Shown here in pieces: positions 47,502 to 56,826 of a DNA stretch of 64,000 bases. The position numbers were made by a program, and so were the translations under genes. The notes beneath the pieces were generated by a model that did not search any database, was not told the origin of the DNA, and saw only the letters and a list, made by a program, of their open reading frames with translations. Origin of the DNA: Phycisphaerales bacterium UBA5793 (lineage in GTDB: Bacteria; Planctomycetota; Phycisphaerae; Phycisphaerales; UBA5793). Every line of letters starts with the position of its first letter. Position 1 is the stretch's first letter. The DNA is taken from contig DIDT01000057.1 of the NCBI GenBank assembly GCA_002418285.1, positions 78,958 through 142,957 of the forward strand, written 5' to 3'.

Positions 47502-47948
47502 TCATCCACCCTTCCTGTCTTCGCGCCCCCAGCTGCGTTGTGCGCCGTTTGCAGATTCGTCCGGCGCGGCTAGCTCATGCCTGCGCATCTTCCAACGGAG
47601 GAAATCATCAACAAGCGGCGTGCACACGATGATCACGGGCCAAGCGATCGCACGACCCACATCATCCACATCCCAATTGTCCGCGATCGTCGTCAGGCCA
47701 CCATGCGCGATGGTCCAAATGGCCAACCCGACTCCAGCACACGCGAAGAAAAAGGCGCATGTCACGCTCGGTGGACGACAGACGCCTGATTCCCTACAGG
47801 AACACTGTGAGAAAATACCCGTCGCGCCCAACACGATGAAAACGGCTTCGTAACCGATCGCCCACATCATGGAATTGGACAGTTCTGCGGCCCACAGCCA
47901 CACGGCCCCGCCGGCAAGAAAGATCATGTACGCGATTCGAACAAGCAC
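47502..47948 (-). CDS. four-helix membrane protein, family unknown
   Basis: 148 aa, beginning 13 nt downstream of the MoxR stop. Hydrophobic helices include 'IAYMIFLAGGAVWLWAA', 'AIGYEAVFIVLGATGIF', 'CAFFFACAGVGLAIWTI' and 'AIAWPVIIVCTPL'. Confidence 0.45.
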   Translation of the reverse strand: MLVRIAYMIFLAGGAVWLWAAELSNSMMWAIGYEAVFIVLGATGIFSQCSCRESGVCRPPSVTCAFFFACAGVGLAIWTIAHGGLTTIADNWDVDDVGRAIAWPVIIVCTPLVDDFLRWKMRRHELAAPDESANGAQRSWGREDRKGG

Positions 47949-47960
47949 GGCAATCCTCGG

Positions 47961-49049
<1,089 letters not shown>

Positions 49050-49533
49050 ACTCCATCCATCCTCTTTGTCAGGCGCAACTGGGTTGATTGAGCGCATCGT
49101 GGGCCATGCGACAGCACGCGGCCGGCAAATACGCCTCGTCCGCTAAGACGAAGATCGGCCAGTACCCCATACCGCATCGAGTATAGTCGCGGGGGTATGA
49201 AGCCGTTGCACTCCAGGAGTGCTTCGGCGCATCGCGCCCAGATCGGCTTTGGCTTATCGACACCTGAATAAGCACGCTGCAAAGCGACAAACCGGTCAAC
49301 TTAAACACCATATCCACTGTTGTTCGCGCTGGGGCGGCCAAAAACGATCGCGCCGCCCCCATCTCCCTGATTGTCCGTTGTTTGCAGGAGCCAGATCAGA
49401 AGCCCTACGTCGTTTTGGCCGACCATCACTCCCAAGGGACTCGAGTCGTCGCAATGGCAACCGGGTCCGTCGCTTCGGTGGACGTGAATTGGTTCGACGC
49501 TTCAGGGCGTCAGAAGGGTGATGGAGAACTTCA

Positions 49534-50181
49534 ATGAAACAGCGTGATCTCATCCAGTTGGCGTGCCTCGTTCTTGTCGTCAGCACGACGGCAACCAGCG
49601 CGCAGATCATCGGCAGCGCCCACGACTTCTCTTCCGAAGGCTGGGCCCAGTCGCAGACCTGTCTGCCATGTCACACGCTCCACAACGCCAATGCGGTTGA
49701 GATCAACGGCTACTCGGCCGGCCGCCTGTGGAACCATGCTCTGCCCTCCGCCGGCCAGGTCTACACCACCTACGACGGCAACTTCCCGCGCGATGAGGCC
49801 CTCGACTCCTACAGCATTCTCTGCATGGGCTGCCACGACGGCACCGTCGCCCTCGACGCTTTCGGCGATGGCATCGGCAGCCAGTTCATGACCGGGGATG
49901 CACTCGTCGGCACCGACCTCACCAAGCAGCACCCCGTCGGCGCCAGCGCCGTGTGGCCCAATCCCGAACCCAGTTACCTCAATGCGCGGGCCACGTGGGA
50001 GAATCAGACGTTCGGCGGCTCACGCATGGGAAAACTGCGCCTGATGGTCGTCGATGGCGCGGAGGAGTCGGTTCTCAGTTGCGCCACCTGCCACGAACCA
50101 CACAATCGCGGCGGCTACGACGACCTGCTGCGCATCGACAACACGTCCAGCCAGATGTGCCTGGCGTGCCACAACAAGTAG
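49534..50181 (+). CDS. tetra-haem c-type cytochrome (paired-CXXCH type)
   Basis: 215 aa with a signal peptide. Four CXXCH motifs: 'CLPCH', 'CMGCH', 'CATCH', 'CLACH'. The last pair has the doubled-CXXCH spacing 'CATCHEPHN...LLRIDNTSSQMCLACHNK'. Confidence 0.8.
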   Translation: MKQRDLIQLACLVLVVSTTATSAQIIGSAHDFSSEGWAQSQTCLPCHTLHNANAVEINGYSAGRLWNHALPSAGQVYTTYDGNFPRDEALDSYSILCMGCHDGTVALDAFGDGIGSQFMTGDALVGTDLTKQHPVGASAVWPNPEPSYLNARATWENQTFGGSRMGKLRLMVVDGAEESVLSCATCHEPHNRGGYDDLLRIDNTSSQMCLACHNK

Positions 50182-50194
50182 AAGTCGGCGAGCG

Positions 50195-51781
50195 CTATTC
50201 CACCACCGCCTCGATCACATTGCTTGAATTCTCGCGCTGGATGGCCTGGAACCAGACCGTCCGCCCGCGTGATTGCGGCGGCATGGTGATGTTCCACGAG
50301 ACGTTGCCAGCCGCGTCCGCCCGAAGCGGCCCGACACCCAGTCGCGGCTGGGCCAGGTTGACTGGCACGTCGAGCAAGGCGATGTTCGTGTACCCCGGCC
50401 CATCAAGGCTGTAGACGATCCACGCCTGTTCATTGGGTCGCGCGTCGGTCACGTTGAACCGTGCCCGCTTCCCGCCGATGAGCGGCGAAGTTTCCAGAAC
50501 CATCGGATGCAACCGCTGGCAGTAGATGTCCTGCTCACCGTTGAACGTCGCAGGATGCACCACGCTCACCGAGCCGTTGTCAGACTGGCACTGGAAGTAG
50601 TCGCCGATCTTCGTTTGCTGTGGATAACCTATTGACGGATCGAACGAATCGCTCACCGCACGATTGGGAGACCACGTCAAACCCCCGTCGTATGAGTGGG
50701 AGTAGTACAACCGCGAATCAAAGTGGTTCGGGTCGGCCCGTGTATCAAACCACAATGCATCCAGCCGCCCGGCCGGGGAAATCGACATGGCCGCCATCCA
50801 TTGGTAGTCGGCACCAGGTTGATCATCGTTCACGCGCAGCGGTTCGCTGAACGTGACCCCATTGTCTGTGCTTCGCGCAAACATGACATCACAGACATCA
50901 TCCGTTCGCACGGCCGATGAGAGTACATAGACATTGCCACGCGTCGCCGATTCACTTCGATCAATCGCCAGATACACCTGGCTTGATACACCCGCTGGAT
51001 TCACAGGCAACTGCTTCGCCACTTGACCGCAGGGAATCAGCGTCGATGGATTCCACGTCCAGCGTCCTGGCCGAAACGCGTCGTCAGATCGGCGCACGAC
51101 CAGATTCGGTTCGCTCCACGATGCGACGAATACCTCGCCATTCAGGCCCACATCGACGAACGCCATCTCATGACCGGAGGAAGGATTGGTATCGCGCTCC
51201 CAAGTCTGTCCACCATCCAGACTTCGAGAAAATACCACGCCGACTGTATAGGACGCGTAGTAGTGGTTCTCACTCACTCCGCTCCGATCGACGGTGTACC
51301 GCCCCTTGTCCGCCGTCGAGCCATCTCGCACCACGTGTGGAGTCTGCCAGTCTACCCCGCCGGTATCACTCTGGTAGACCACACCAACGAATGTGGGTTC
51401 AAAAACAAGGCTGCTGTAGAAAAACGACCCACTCGAATCTACCGCCAACAACGGATCGCTTTGCTGCGCATCAGGGAAGCCTGGTGGTGGTGGCAGTGTG
51501 CCGCGGTTGATCCACGTCTGCCCGCCGTCAAACGTCACGGCGTAGCCTGCGTAGCGCGCGTCAGATTCGACGCTTGGGAACTGCCGCCAGCCAACGACCA
51601 TGTTGAGTGGATTTTGGGGACTGACTGCGAGCGTGGGTTCATTGGCGGCATCGCCGGGGATGTTCAGACCGAGCGCATCAGTGTTGATTTGCACACCTTG
51701 CTGGGCTGATGCATGGAGTCCGATACCGCCGAGGCCCAACACCGCTACAGTGACAACAACACGACGCGCGCACCCTCGCAT
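50195..51781 (-). CDS. secreted BNR/Asp-box sialidase-like beta-propeller protein (paralogue 1)
   Basis: 528 aa with a signal peptide. N-terminal block 'GVQINTDALGLNIPGDAANEPTLAVSP'. Asp-box-like 'DGGQTW', 'DGGLTW' and 'DNGVTF'. A conserved C-terminal module is present. Confidence 0.7.
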   Translation of the reverse strand: MRGCARRVVVTVAVLGLGGIGLHASAQQGVQINTDALGLNIPGDAANEPTLAVSPQNPLNMVVGWRQFPSVESDARYAGYAVTFDGGQTWINRGTLPPPPGFPDAQQSDPLLAVDSSGSFFYSSLVFEPTFVGVVYQSDTGGVDWQTPHVVRDGSTADKGRYTVDRSGVSENHYYASYTVGVVFSRSLDGGQTWERDTNPSSGHEMAFVDVGLNGEVFVASWSEPNLVVRRSDDAFRPGRWTWNPSTLIPCGQVAKQLPVNPAGVSSQVYLAIDRSESATRGNVYVLSSAVRTDDVCDVMFARSTDNGVTFSEPLRVNDDQPGADYQWMAAMSISPAGRLDALWFDTRADPNHFDSRLYYSHSYDGGLTWSPNRAVSDSFDPSIGYPQQTKIGDYFQCQSDNGSVSVVHPATFNGEQDIYCQRLHPMVLETSPLIGGKRARFNVTDARPNEQAWIVYSLDGPGYTNIALLDVPVNLAQPRLGVGPLRADAAGNVSWNITMPPQSRGRTVWFQAIQRENSSNVIEAVVE

Positions 51782-51807
51782 GCCCGTCCTCCCTCAGGTT
51801 CAGATGA

Positions 51808-53409
51808 TCACTGAATCACTGCCTCAATCACGTTGCTCGCGTTCTCCTGCTGGATCGCCTGGAACCAGACGGTTCGCCCTTGCGATTGTGGTGGCATTGT
51901 CACGGTCCACATCACGTCCCCAGACGAGTTCGCCAGGCGCGGCCCCACTCCAAGCTGTGGCTGCGCGAGATTCACTGGCACGTCGAGTGCGCCAACGTTG
52001 GTGTAGCCCCGACCGGTCGTGCTGTAAACGATCCACGTTCGCTCGCGTGGCCGCCCTTCGCTTACTTCGAATTGCGCCTGCTGACCGGCATGCAGCGGCG
52101 ACGTCTCCAACACCATCGGATGCAAGCGAGTGAAAAACAGGTCCTGTTCGCCATTGAACGTCGCCGGGTGAATGACGCTGACCGAGCCATTGTCAGATTG
52201 CGATTGGAAGTAGTCGCCGATCTTGTTCTGCTGCGGGTAACCCAGCGACGGATCAAATGCATCACCCACCGCTCGGTTCGCCGACCATGTCAGACCACCA
52301 TCCCACGAGTAGGAGTAGTACACGCGCGACATGAAGTGATTCGGATCATCGCGTGTGTCGAACCACGTCGCATCGAGTCGGCCGCTTGGCGCGATCGACA
52401 GGCTCGCCATCCACTGGTAGTCCTGTCCCACTGGATCGTCATTTACGCGAATCGGCGCGCTGAACGTTTGCCCGCCATCCGTGCTCCTGGCAAACATCAC
52501 GTCGCACACGTCATCATTGGGAACAGAAGAAGAAAACACATACACATTGCCGCGATTCGGACCATCGCTCGAGTCCACCATCACCCACACCTGGCCGGAT
52601 CCTCCGCCCGGATTGATGCGCAGGCCCGAAGGCATACGTCCAAAGGGCAGGCGGACTTCAGGCCCCCACGTCGGCGTCTGATTGGGATCGCTTGCGTTCT
52701 GCGAAACCCGAAACGCAACGCGGCCGGCGTTGTAATCCCACCACGCGAGATACAACTCGCCGTTCAATCCAGTTTCCATGTACGAACGGATTCCGGATCC
52801 AAGCGATTGCTGCGCTTGCCACGTGATCCCCTCGTCGATGCTGCGCTTGACATAGATCGTCGAGTTGCCCCAGCTTGCGTAATGGTGCCGGCTCGCGCCG
52901 CTTCGATCGATCGTGTACCAGTTCTTGTCCGCAAAGCCTGTGAAGAGATAAAGCGGCTCGTTCCATGAATACCCGCCATCCGGGGTGCCGTAGATCAGGA
53001 TGCCTAACTGTCCGTCGGCAAAGAGAAGACTGTTGTAGAAGAAGTGGCCATCAACATCAACCGCCAACACCGGATCCGACAGCTGTCCGTTGGGTGAGCC
53101 ACCTGGCCGCGGAAGTATGCCACCGTTGAACCATGTCAAACCGCCATCGGTTGTGACCGCGTATCCTGCGTAGCGCGCGCTGGAGTTAGTCGTCGGAAAC
53201 TCTCGCCACCCGACAACCATGTGCTGCGGGTCGAGCGGATCAATTGAGAAGCTCGGCTCATTGGCTGCGTCGCCAGCGATGTTCAGTCCCTGTGCATCCG
53301 TATTGATCTGCACGCCCTGCTGACCGAGCACGGTCGCGGCACCGATGACCGAACCCAGGACCGACACAACAGCGATGGCCACGCGGCCCCGAAGTTCACT
53401 CGTCGGCAT
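51808..53409 (-). CDS. secreted BNR/Asp-box sialidase-like beta-propeller protein (paralogue 2)
   Basis: 533 aa with 'GVQINTDAQGLNIAGDAANEPSFSIDP', 'DGGLTW' and 'DGGQTF'. Same C-terminal module. Confidence 0.7.
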   Translation of the reverse strand: MPTSELRGRVAIAVVSVLGSVIGAATVLGQQGVQINTDAQGLNIAGDAANEPSFSIDPLDPQHMVVGWREFPTTNSSARYAGYAVTTDGGLTWFNGGILPRPGGSPNGQLSDPVLAVDVDGHFFYNSLLFADGQLGILIYGTPDGGYSWNEPLYLFTGFADKNWYTIDRSGASRHHYASWGNSTIYVKRSIDEGITWQAQQSLGSGIRSYMETGLNGELYLAWWDYNAGRVAFRVSQNASDPNQTPTWGPEVRLPFGRMPSGLRINPGGGSGQVWVMVDSSDGPNRGNVYVFSSSVPNDDVCDVMFARSTDGGQTFSAPIRVNDDPVGQDYQWMASLSIAPSGRLDATWFDTRDDPNHFMSRVYYSYSWDGGLTWSANRAVGDAFDPSLGYPQQNKIGDYFQSQSDNGSVSVIHPATFNGEQDLFFTRLHPMVLETSPLHAGQQAQFEVSEGRPRERTWIVYSTTGRGYTNVGALDVPVNLAQPQLGVGPRLANSSGDVMWTVTMPPQSQGRTVWFQAIQQENASNVIEAVIQ

Positions 53410-53436
53410 CGCATCTCTCCCGTGATTTGCGCCGTG

Positions 53437-55092
53437 TTACTCGATCGTCGCCTCCGCCACGTTGCTCGCGCTCTCACGCTGCAACGCCTGGAACCAGAGT
53501 GTTCTGCCCGATCCCTGCCGCGGCACGGGCAGGTTCCATGCTGCTCCGCCATCCGCATCGGTTGTCTTCATCGCGCCGACCTGGAAGGGATGATCCAGGT
53601 TCAACGTGACATTCAGTTGCGGAATGTATGTGCTCCCCAGCCCCTGGAATGTTGCCGCGAGCCAGATCGGTTCACTGGGACGCGCACCCGCCACACTGAC
53701 CGATCCGCGCTGCCCGCCAACCAGCGCGCTCACATTCACCTGGAACGGTTCGACGCGCATAAACCACAGGTCCTGGCCGCCGTTGTACGTCGCCGGGTAG
53801 ATCACGTTCGCACCGGTCGCGTCCGACACACTCTCCATATAGTCGCCGATCTTGTCCTGCTGCGGCCAGCCAAGCGTCGTATCGAACGCCTCGGAGACCT
53901 GCTGGCTGGACGCCCATGTTGTCCCACCATCTGTCGAGTATGAATAAAAGAGCTCCGACCACGGTACCTGGTGACCGCTGCTGTTGCGTGTGTCAAACCA
54001 GAAGACATCGATGCGCCCGTTGGGCGCCACGCTCATCGAGGGCATCCACTGGATCGCACCCGGCCCATCGTCGTTGACGCGAATGCCCGTCTCCCACGTG
54101 AAACCACCATCAGCGCTTCGGGCAAAGTACAGATCTGCCGTGTCGCGCCGCTTGTCAGGCCAGAGCGCATAGACCCAACCATGTCGAGGGCCTCCCGACG
54201 AATCAACCCCCAGAAACATCTGGTGATACCCCGTCGGATTGATGTTCAGGAATCCCGGGTCGTTGGAGGCATCGATACGAATGTCAAGGCCGTTGCGGCC
54301 GCCGCCGCCGAATGCGTCAAATGTGGTTGGCACATTCGCGTCTTTGGCGTTGATCGACTTGGTGATAAAGATCGCATTCTGGCCGTAGTTCTTCCACGCG
54401 GCATACACCTCGCCCTCGGGGCCCACCACCATATGCAGCATCCATTGCGTGCCCCCGGCATCAGCAATGCGCACGCTTGGCGTCCATGTGCGGCCGCCGT
54501 CCGTCGACTCGACATAGCAGTAGCCGCCGAGCGTAAAGTGATTCCATCCGCCATACAAGTGCCCGTCTCCCATCCCGCCCGTGTTGTCGATGGCCAGCCA
54601 CGGCTTGTCGCCGTTGGTTGGATCCTCGATGGGATCAGGAACCGACCAGGTCTCCCCACCATCCGTCGACTGGTAGATCCATTGTGCGTAGTTGGGTCGA
54701 AAAACCTCGCTCCAGTAGTAGAACACGCCTTGCGCGTTCACCTTTACCATTGGATCCGACTGTTCCGGATTCTGATACCCCGGCGGTCCCTGCTGCACGC
54801 CGCCGTTGGTCCACGTCAGTCCGCCGTCCGACGAGTAGGCGTACCCCGCGTATCGCGAGTCGGAGTTGATCGTCGGGAACTGCCGCCAGCCTACAACGAT
54901 CTGATTCGGATCAACCGGGCTCACCGCGAACGTTGGTTCGTTCGCGGCATCACCAACGATGTCCTGGCCCTGCGCATTCGTGTTAATCTGTACGCCGCGC
55001 TGCGCCAGCGCCGCTGGTGCAAGACCGGTAAGGCAAACGACACCAGCCGACGCACAATGCCGCCGCCACGTCCCACTCATTTTCTGAACCAT
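53437..55092 (-). CDS. secreted BNR/Asp-box sialidase-like beta-propeller protein (paralogue 3, most divergent)
   Basis: 551 aa with 'GVQINTNAQGQDIVGDAANEPTFAVSP', 'DGGLTW', 'DGGETW', 'DGGRTW', 'DGGFTW' and 'DGGTTW'. Same C-terminal module. Confidence 0.7.
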   Translation of the reverse strand: MVQKMSGTWRRHCASAGVVCLTGLAPAALAQRGVQINTNAQGQDIVGDAANEPTFAVSPVDPNQIVVGWRQFPTINSDSRYAGYAYSSDGGLTWTNGGVQQGPPGYQNPEQSDPMVKVNAQGVFYYWSEVFRPNYAQWIYQSTDGGETWSVPDPIEDPTNGDKPWLAIDNTGGMGDGHLYGGWNHFTLGGYCYVESTDGGRTWTPSVRIADAGGTQWMLHMVVGPEGEVYAAWKNYGQNAIFITKSINAKDANVPTTFDAFGGGGRNGLDIRIDASNDPGFLNINPTGYHQMFLGVDSSGGPRHGWVYALWPDKRRDTADLYFARSADGGFTWETGIRVNDDGPGAIQWMPSMSVAPNGRIDVFWFDTRNSSGHQVPWSELFYSYSTDGGTTWASSQQVSEAFDTTLGWPQQDKIGDYMESVSDATGANVIYPATYNGGQDLWFMRVEPFQVNVSALVGGQRGSVSVAGARPSEPIWLAATFQGLGSTYIPQLNVTLNLDHPFQVGAMKTTDADGGAAWNLPVPRQGSGRTLWFQALQRESASNVAEATIE

Positions 55093-55120
55093 GGGTAACC
55101 CTTCTCCCCTTCACCCAAAA

Positions 55121-56707
55121 CTACTGCACATCGGCCTCAAACACGTTGCTCGCGTTCTGCCGCTGAATTGCCTGGAAGTAGATGTGCTGCCCGCGTGACT
55201 GCGGCGGCATCGTCACCGTCCACGACACGTTGCCCGCACCATCGGCAAAACGAGGACCCACACCCAGCCGCGGCTGGGCCAGGTTCACCGGAACGTCCAG
55301 TGGACCCACCTTTGTGTACCCGTTTCCAGCAAGGCTGTACACGATCCACGCGCGTTCGTTGGGTCGGCACTCGCTCACATCAAATTGACCGGGCTGGCCC
55401 GCCATCAGCACAGACACCTCCAGCAACATCGGATGCAGCCGCCGAAAGTAGAGGTCTTGTTCACCGTTGTATGTCGCGCTATGCACGAAACTCATCGAGC
55501 CGTTGTCAGATCGGGCGTGGAAGTAATCGCCCATCTTGCGCTGCTGCGGCCAGCCAACCGTTGGATCAAACTGATCCCCAACTGGCCGGCTTGGTGACCA
55601 CGTGGCGCCACCATCGTAGGAGTGTGAGTAATAGAGTCGTGACATCAGGTGGCCGGGGTCGTCGCGTGTATCGAACCATGCCGCGTCAAGTCGCCCGCCG
55701 GGCGCCATCGACATTGCCGCCATCCACTGGTAGTCCTGCCCGGGAGCATCATCGTTGACGCGAATCGGCGTGCTCCACGTCTGACCGCCGTCCATACTGC
55801 GCGAGAACATGACGTCCGCGGGATCATTACCTGTGCGCGATGAACTGAGCACATACACCCAGCCTCGCCGTGGCCCATCATTATGGTCCGTGGCAATCCA
55901 CACCTGGCTGGCCCCGCCATCGGGATTCATGGGCGGCTGCCACACCATGTCGCCAAATGGAATCGCAACCTCGGGGGTGAACGTCGGCGTCGCGTTCGGA
56001 TCCTGCGCGTTGTCTGAACGCCGGATCTTCACTCCGCCACCCTCCCACCAGCCGATGTACACCTCGGCATCCGGCCCGACATTCACGTGGGCGAAGATGC
56101 TGGCGCCAACACGCCATCGCGCCCACGTCTGTCCACCATCTGTGCTGCGCGCGAACTCGCCGGGCAACTGCCAGATGCCATAGTGGTTTCCGGTGATGTA
56201 ATCGATCTCATACCAGTTCTTGTCCGCCGACTGGTCACGACTGAACACCGGCTCATCCCAGGAGAATCCGCCAGTGTCGCTGCGATACGTCGCCACACCC
56301 AGATGCGATCCGCGGAAGATCAGGCTGTTGTAAAAGAACACGCCGTTCCAATCCACCGCCAGCACCGGGTCCGACTGCTGAGCATCCGGCGCATCGGGCG
56401 GAGGCGGAAGGGTTCCCTCGTTGAACCACGACAATCCCCCGTCGGTACTTACAGCCACCCCGGCATACCGCGCATCAGAATTGATCGTCGGAAACTGCCG
56501 CCAGCCCGCGACCATGTGCAGCGGATTCGTCGGATCGATAGCAAAGCTCGGCTCATTGGCCGCGTCGCCGGGAATGTTCTGCCCGTTGGCGTCATGGTTG
56601 ATCTGCACGCCGCGCTGGGCCAGCGCGGTCGATCCAAGCCCGCCCAGAAACACCGCCGCGCCCAATCCCGCTACCAGATTTCGCCGCGCTGTATGACTCC
56701 ACTGCAT
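55121..56707 (-). CDS. secreted BNR/Asp-box sialidase-like beta-propeller protein (paralogue 4)
   Basis: Start set at 'MQWSHTARRNLVAGLGAAVFLGG' (cat 56705-56707). Contains 'GVQINHDANGQNIPGDAANEPSFAIDP', 'DGGLSW', 'DGGQTW' and 'DGGATW'. Same C-terminal module. Confidence 0.7.
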   Translation of the reverse strand: MQWSHTARRNLVAGLGAAVFLGGLGSTALAQRGVQINHDANGQNIPGDAANEPSFAIDPTNPLHMVAGWRQFPTINSDARYAGVAVSTDGGLSWFNEGTLPPPPDAPDAQQSDPVLAVDWNGVFFYNSLIFRGSHLGVATYRSDTGGFSWDEPVFSRDQSADKNWYEIDYITGNHYGIWQLPGEFARSTDGGQTWARWRVGASIFAHVNVGPDAEVYIGWWEGGGVKIRRSDNAQDPNATPTFTPEVAIPFGDMVWQPPMNPDGGASQVWIATDHNDGPRRGWVYVLSSSRTGNDPADVMFSRSMDGGQTWSTPIRVNDDAPGQDYQWMAAMSMAPGGRLDAAWFDTRDDPGHLMSRLYYSHSYDGGATWSPSRPVGDQFDPTVGWPQQRKMGDYFHARSDNGSMSFVHSATYNGEQDLYFRRLHPMLLEVSVLMAGQPGQFDVSECRPNERAWIVYSLAGNGYTKVGPLDVPVNLAQPRLGVGPRFADGAGNVSWTVTMPPQSRGQHIYFQAIQRQNASNVFEADVQ

Positions 56708-56826
56708 GTACTGTCTCCCTCTCTTCACTCGACCCTGTTTGCCCACTTCCCGACCCTTGGCGGGCGGGAAGCTCTGCCTGCAACGATACCGCTCGGGAAG
56801 CCGCAATCGCGAATTCCCCACTCCAC

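Noticed and set aside
46876-47505. 209-aa minus-strand ORF with neat operon junctions
   Set aside because: It shares codon triplets with the plus-strand DUF4258 pair. It has lower third-position GC by hand count, a His/Arg/Gly-rich sequence and no recognisable motif. It is kept as an explicit alternative in the findings because the junction geometry is suspicious.
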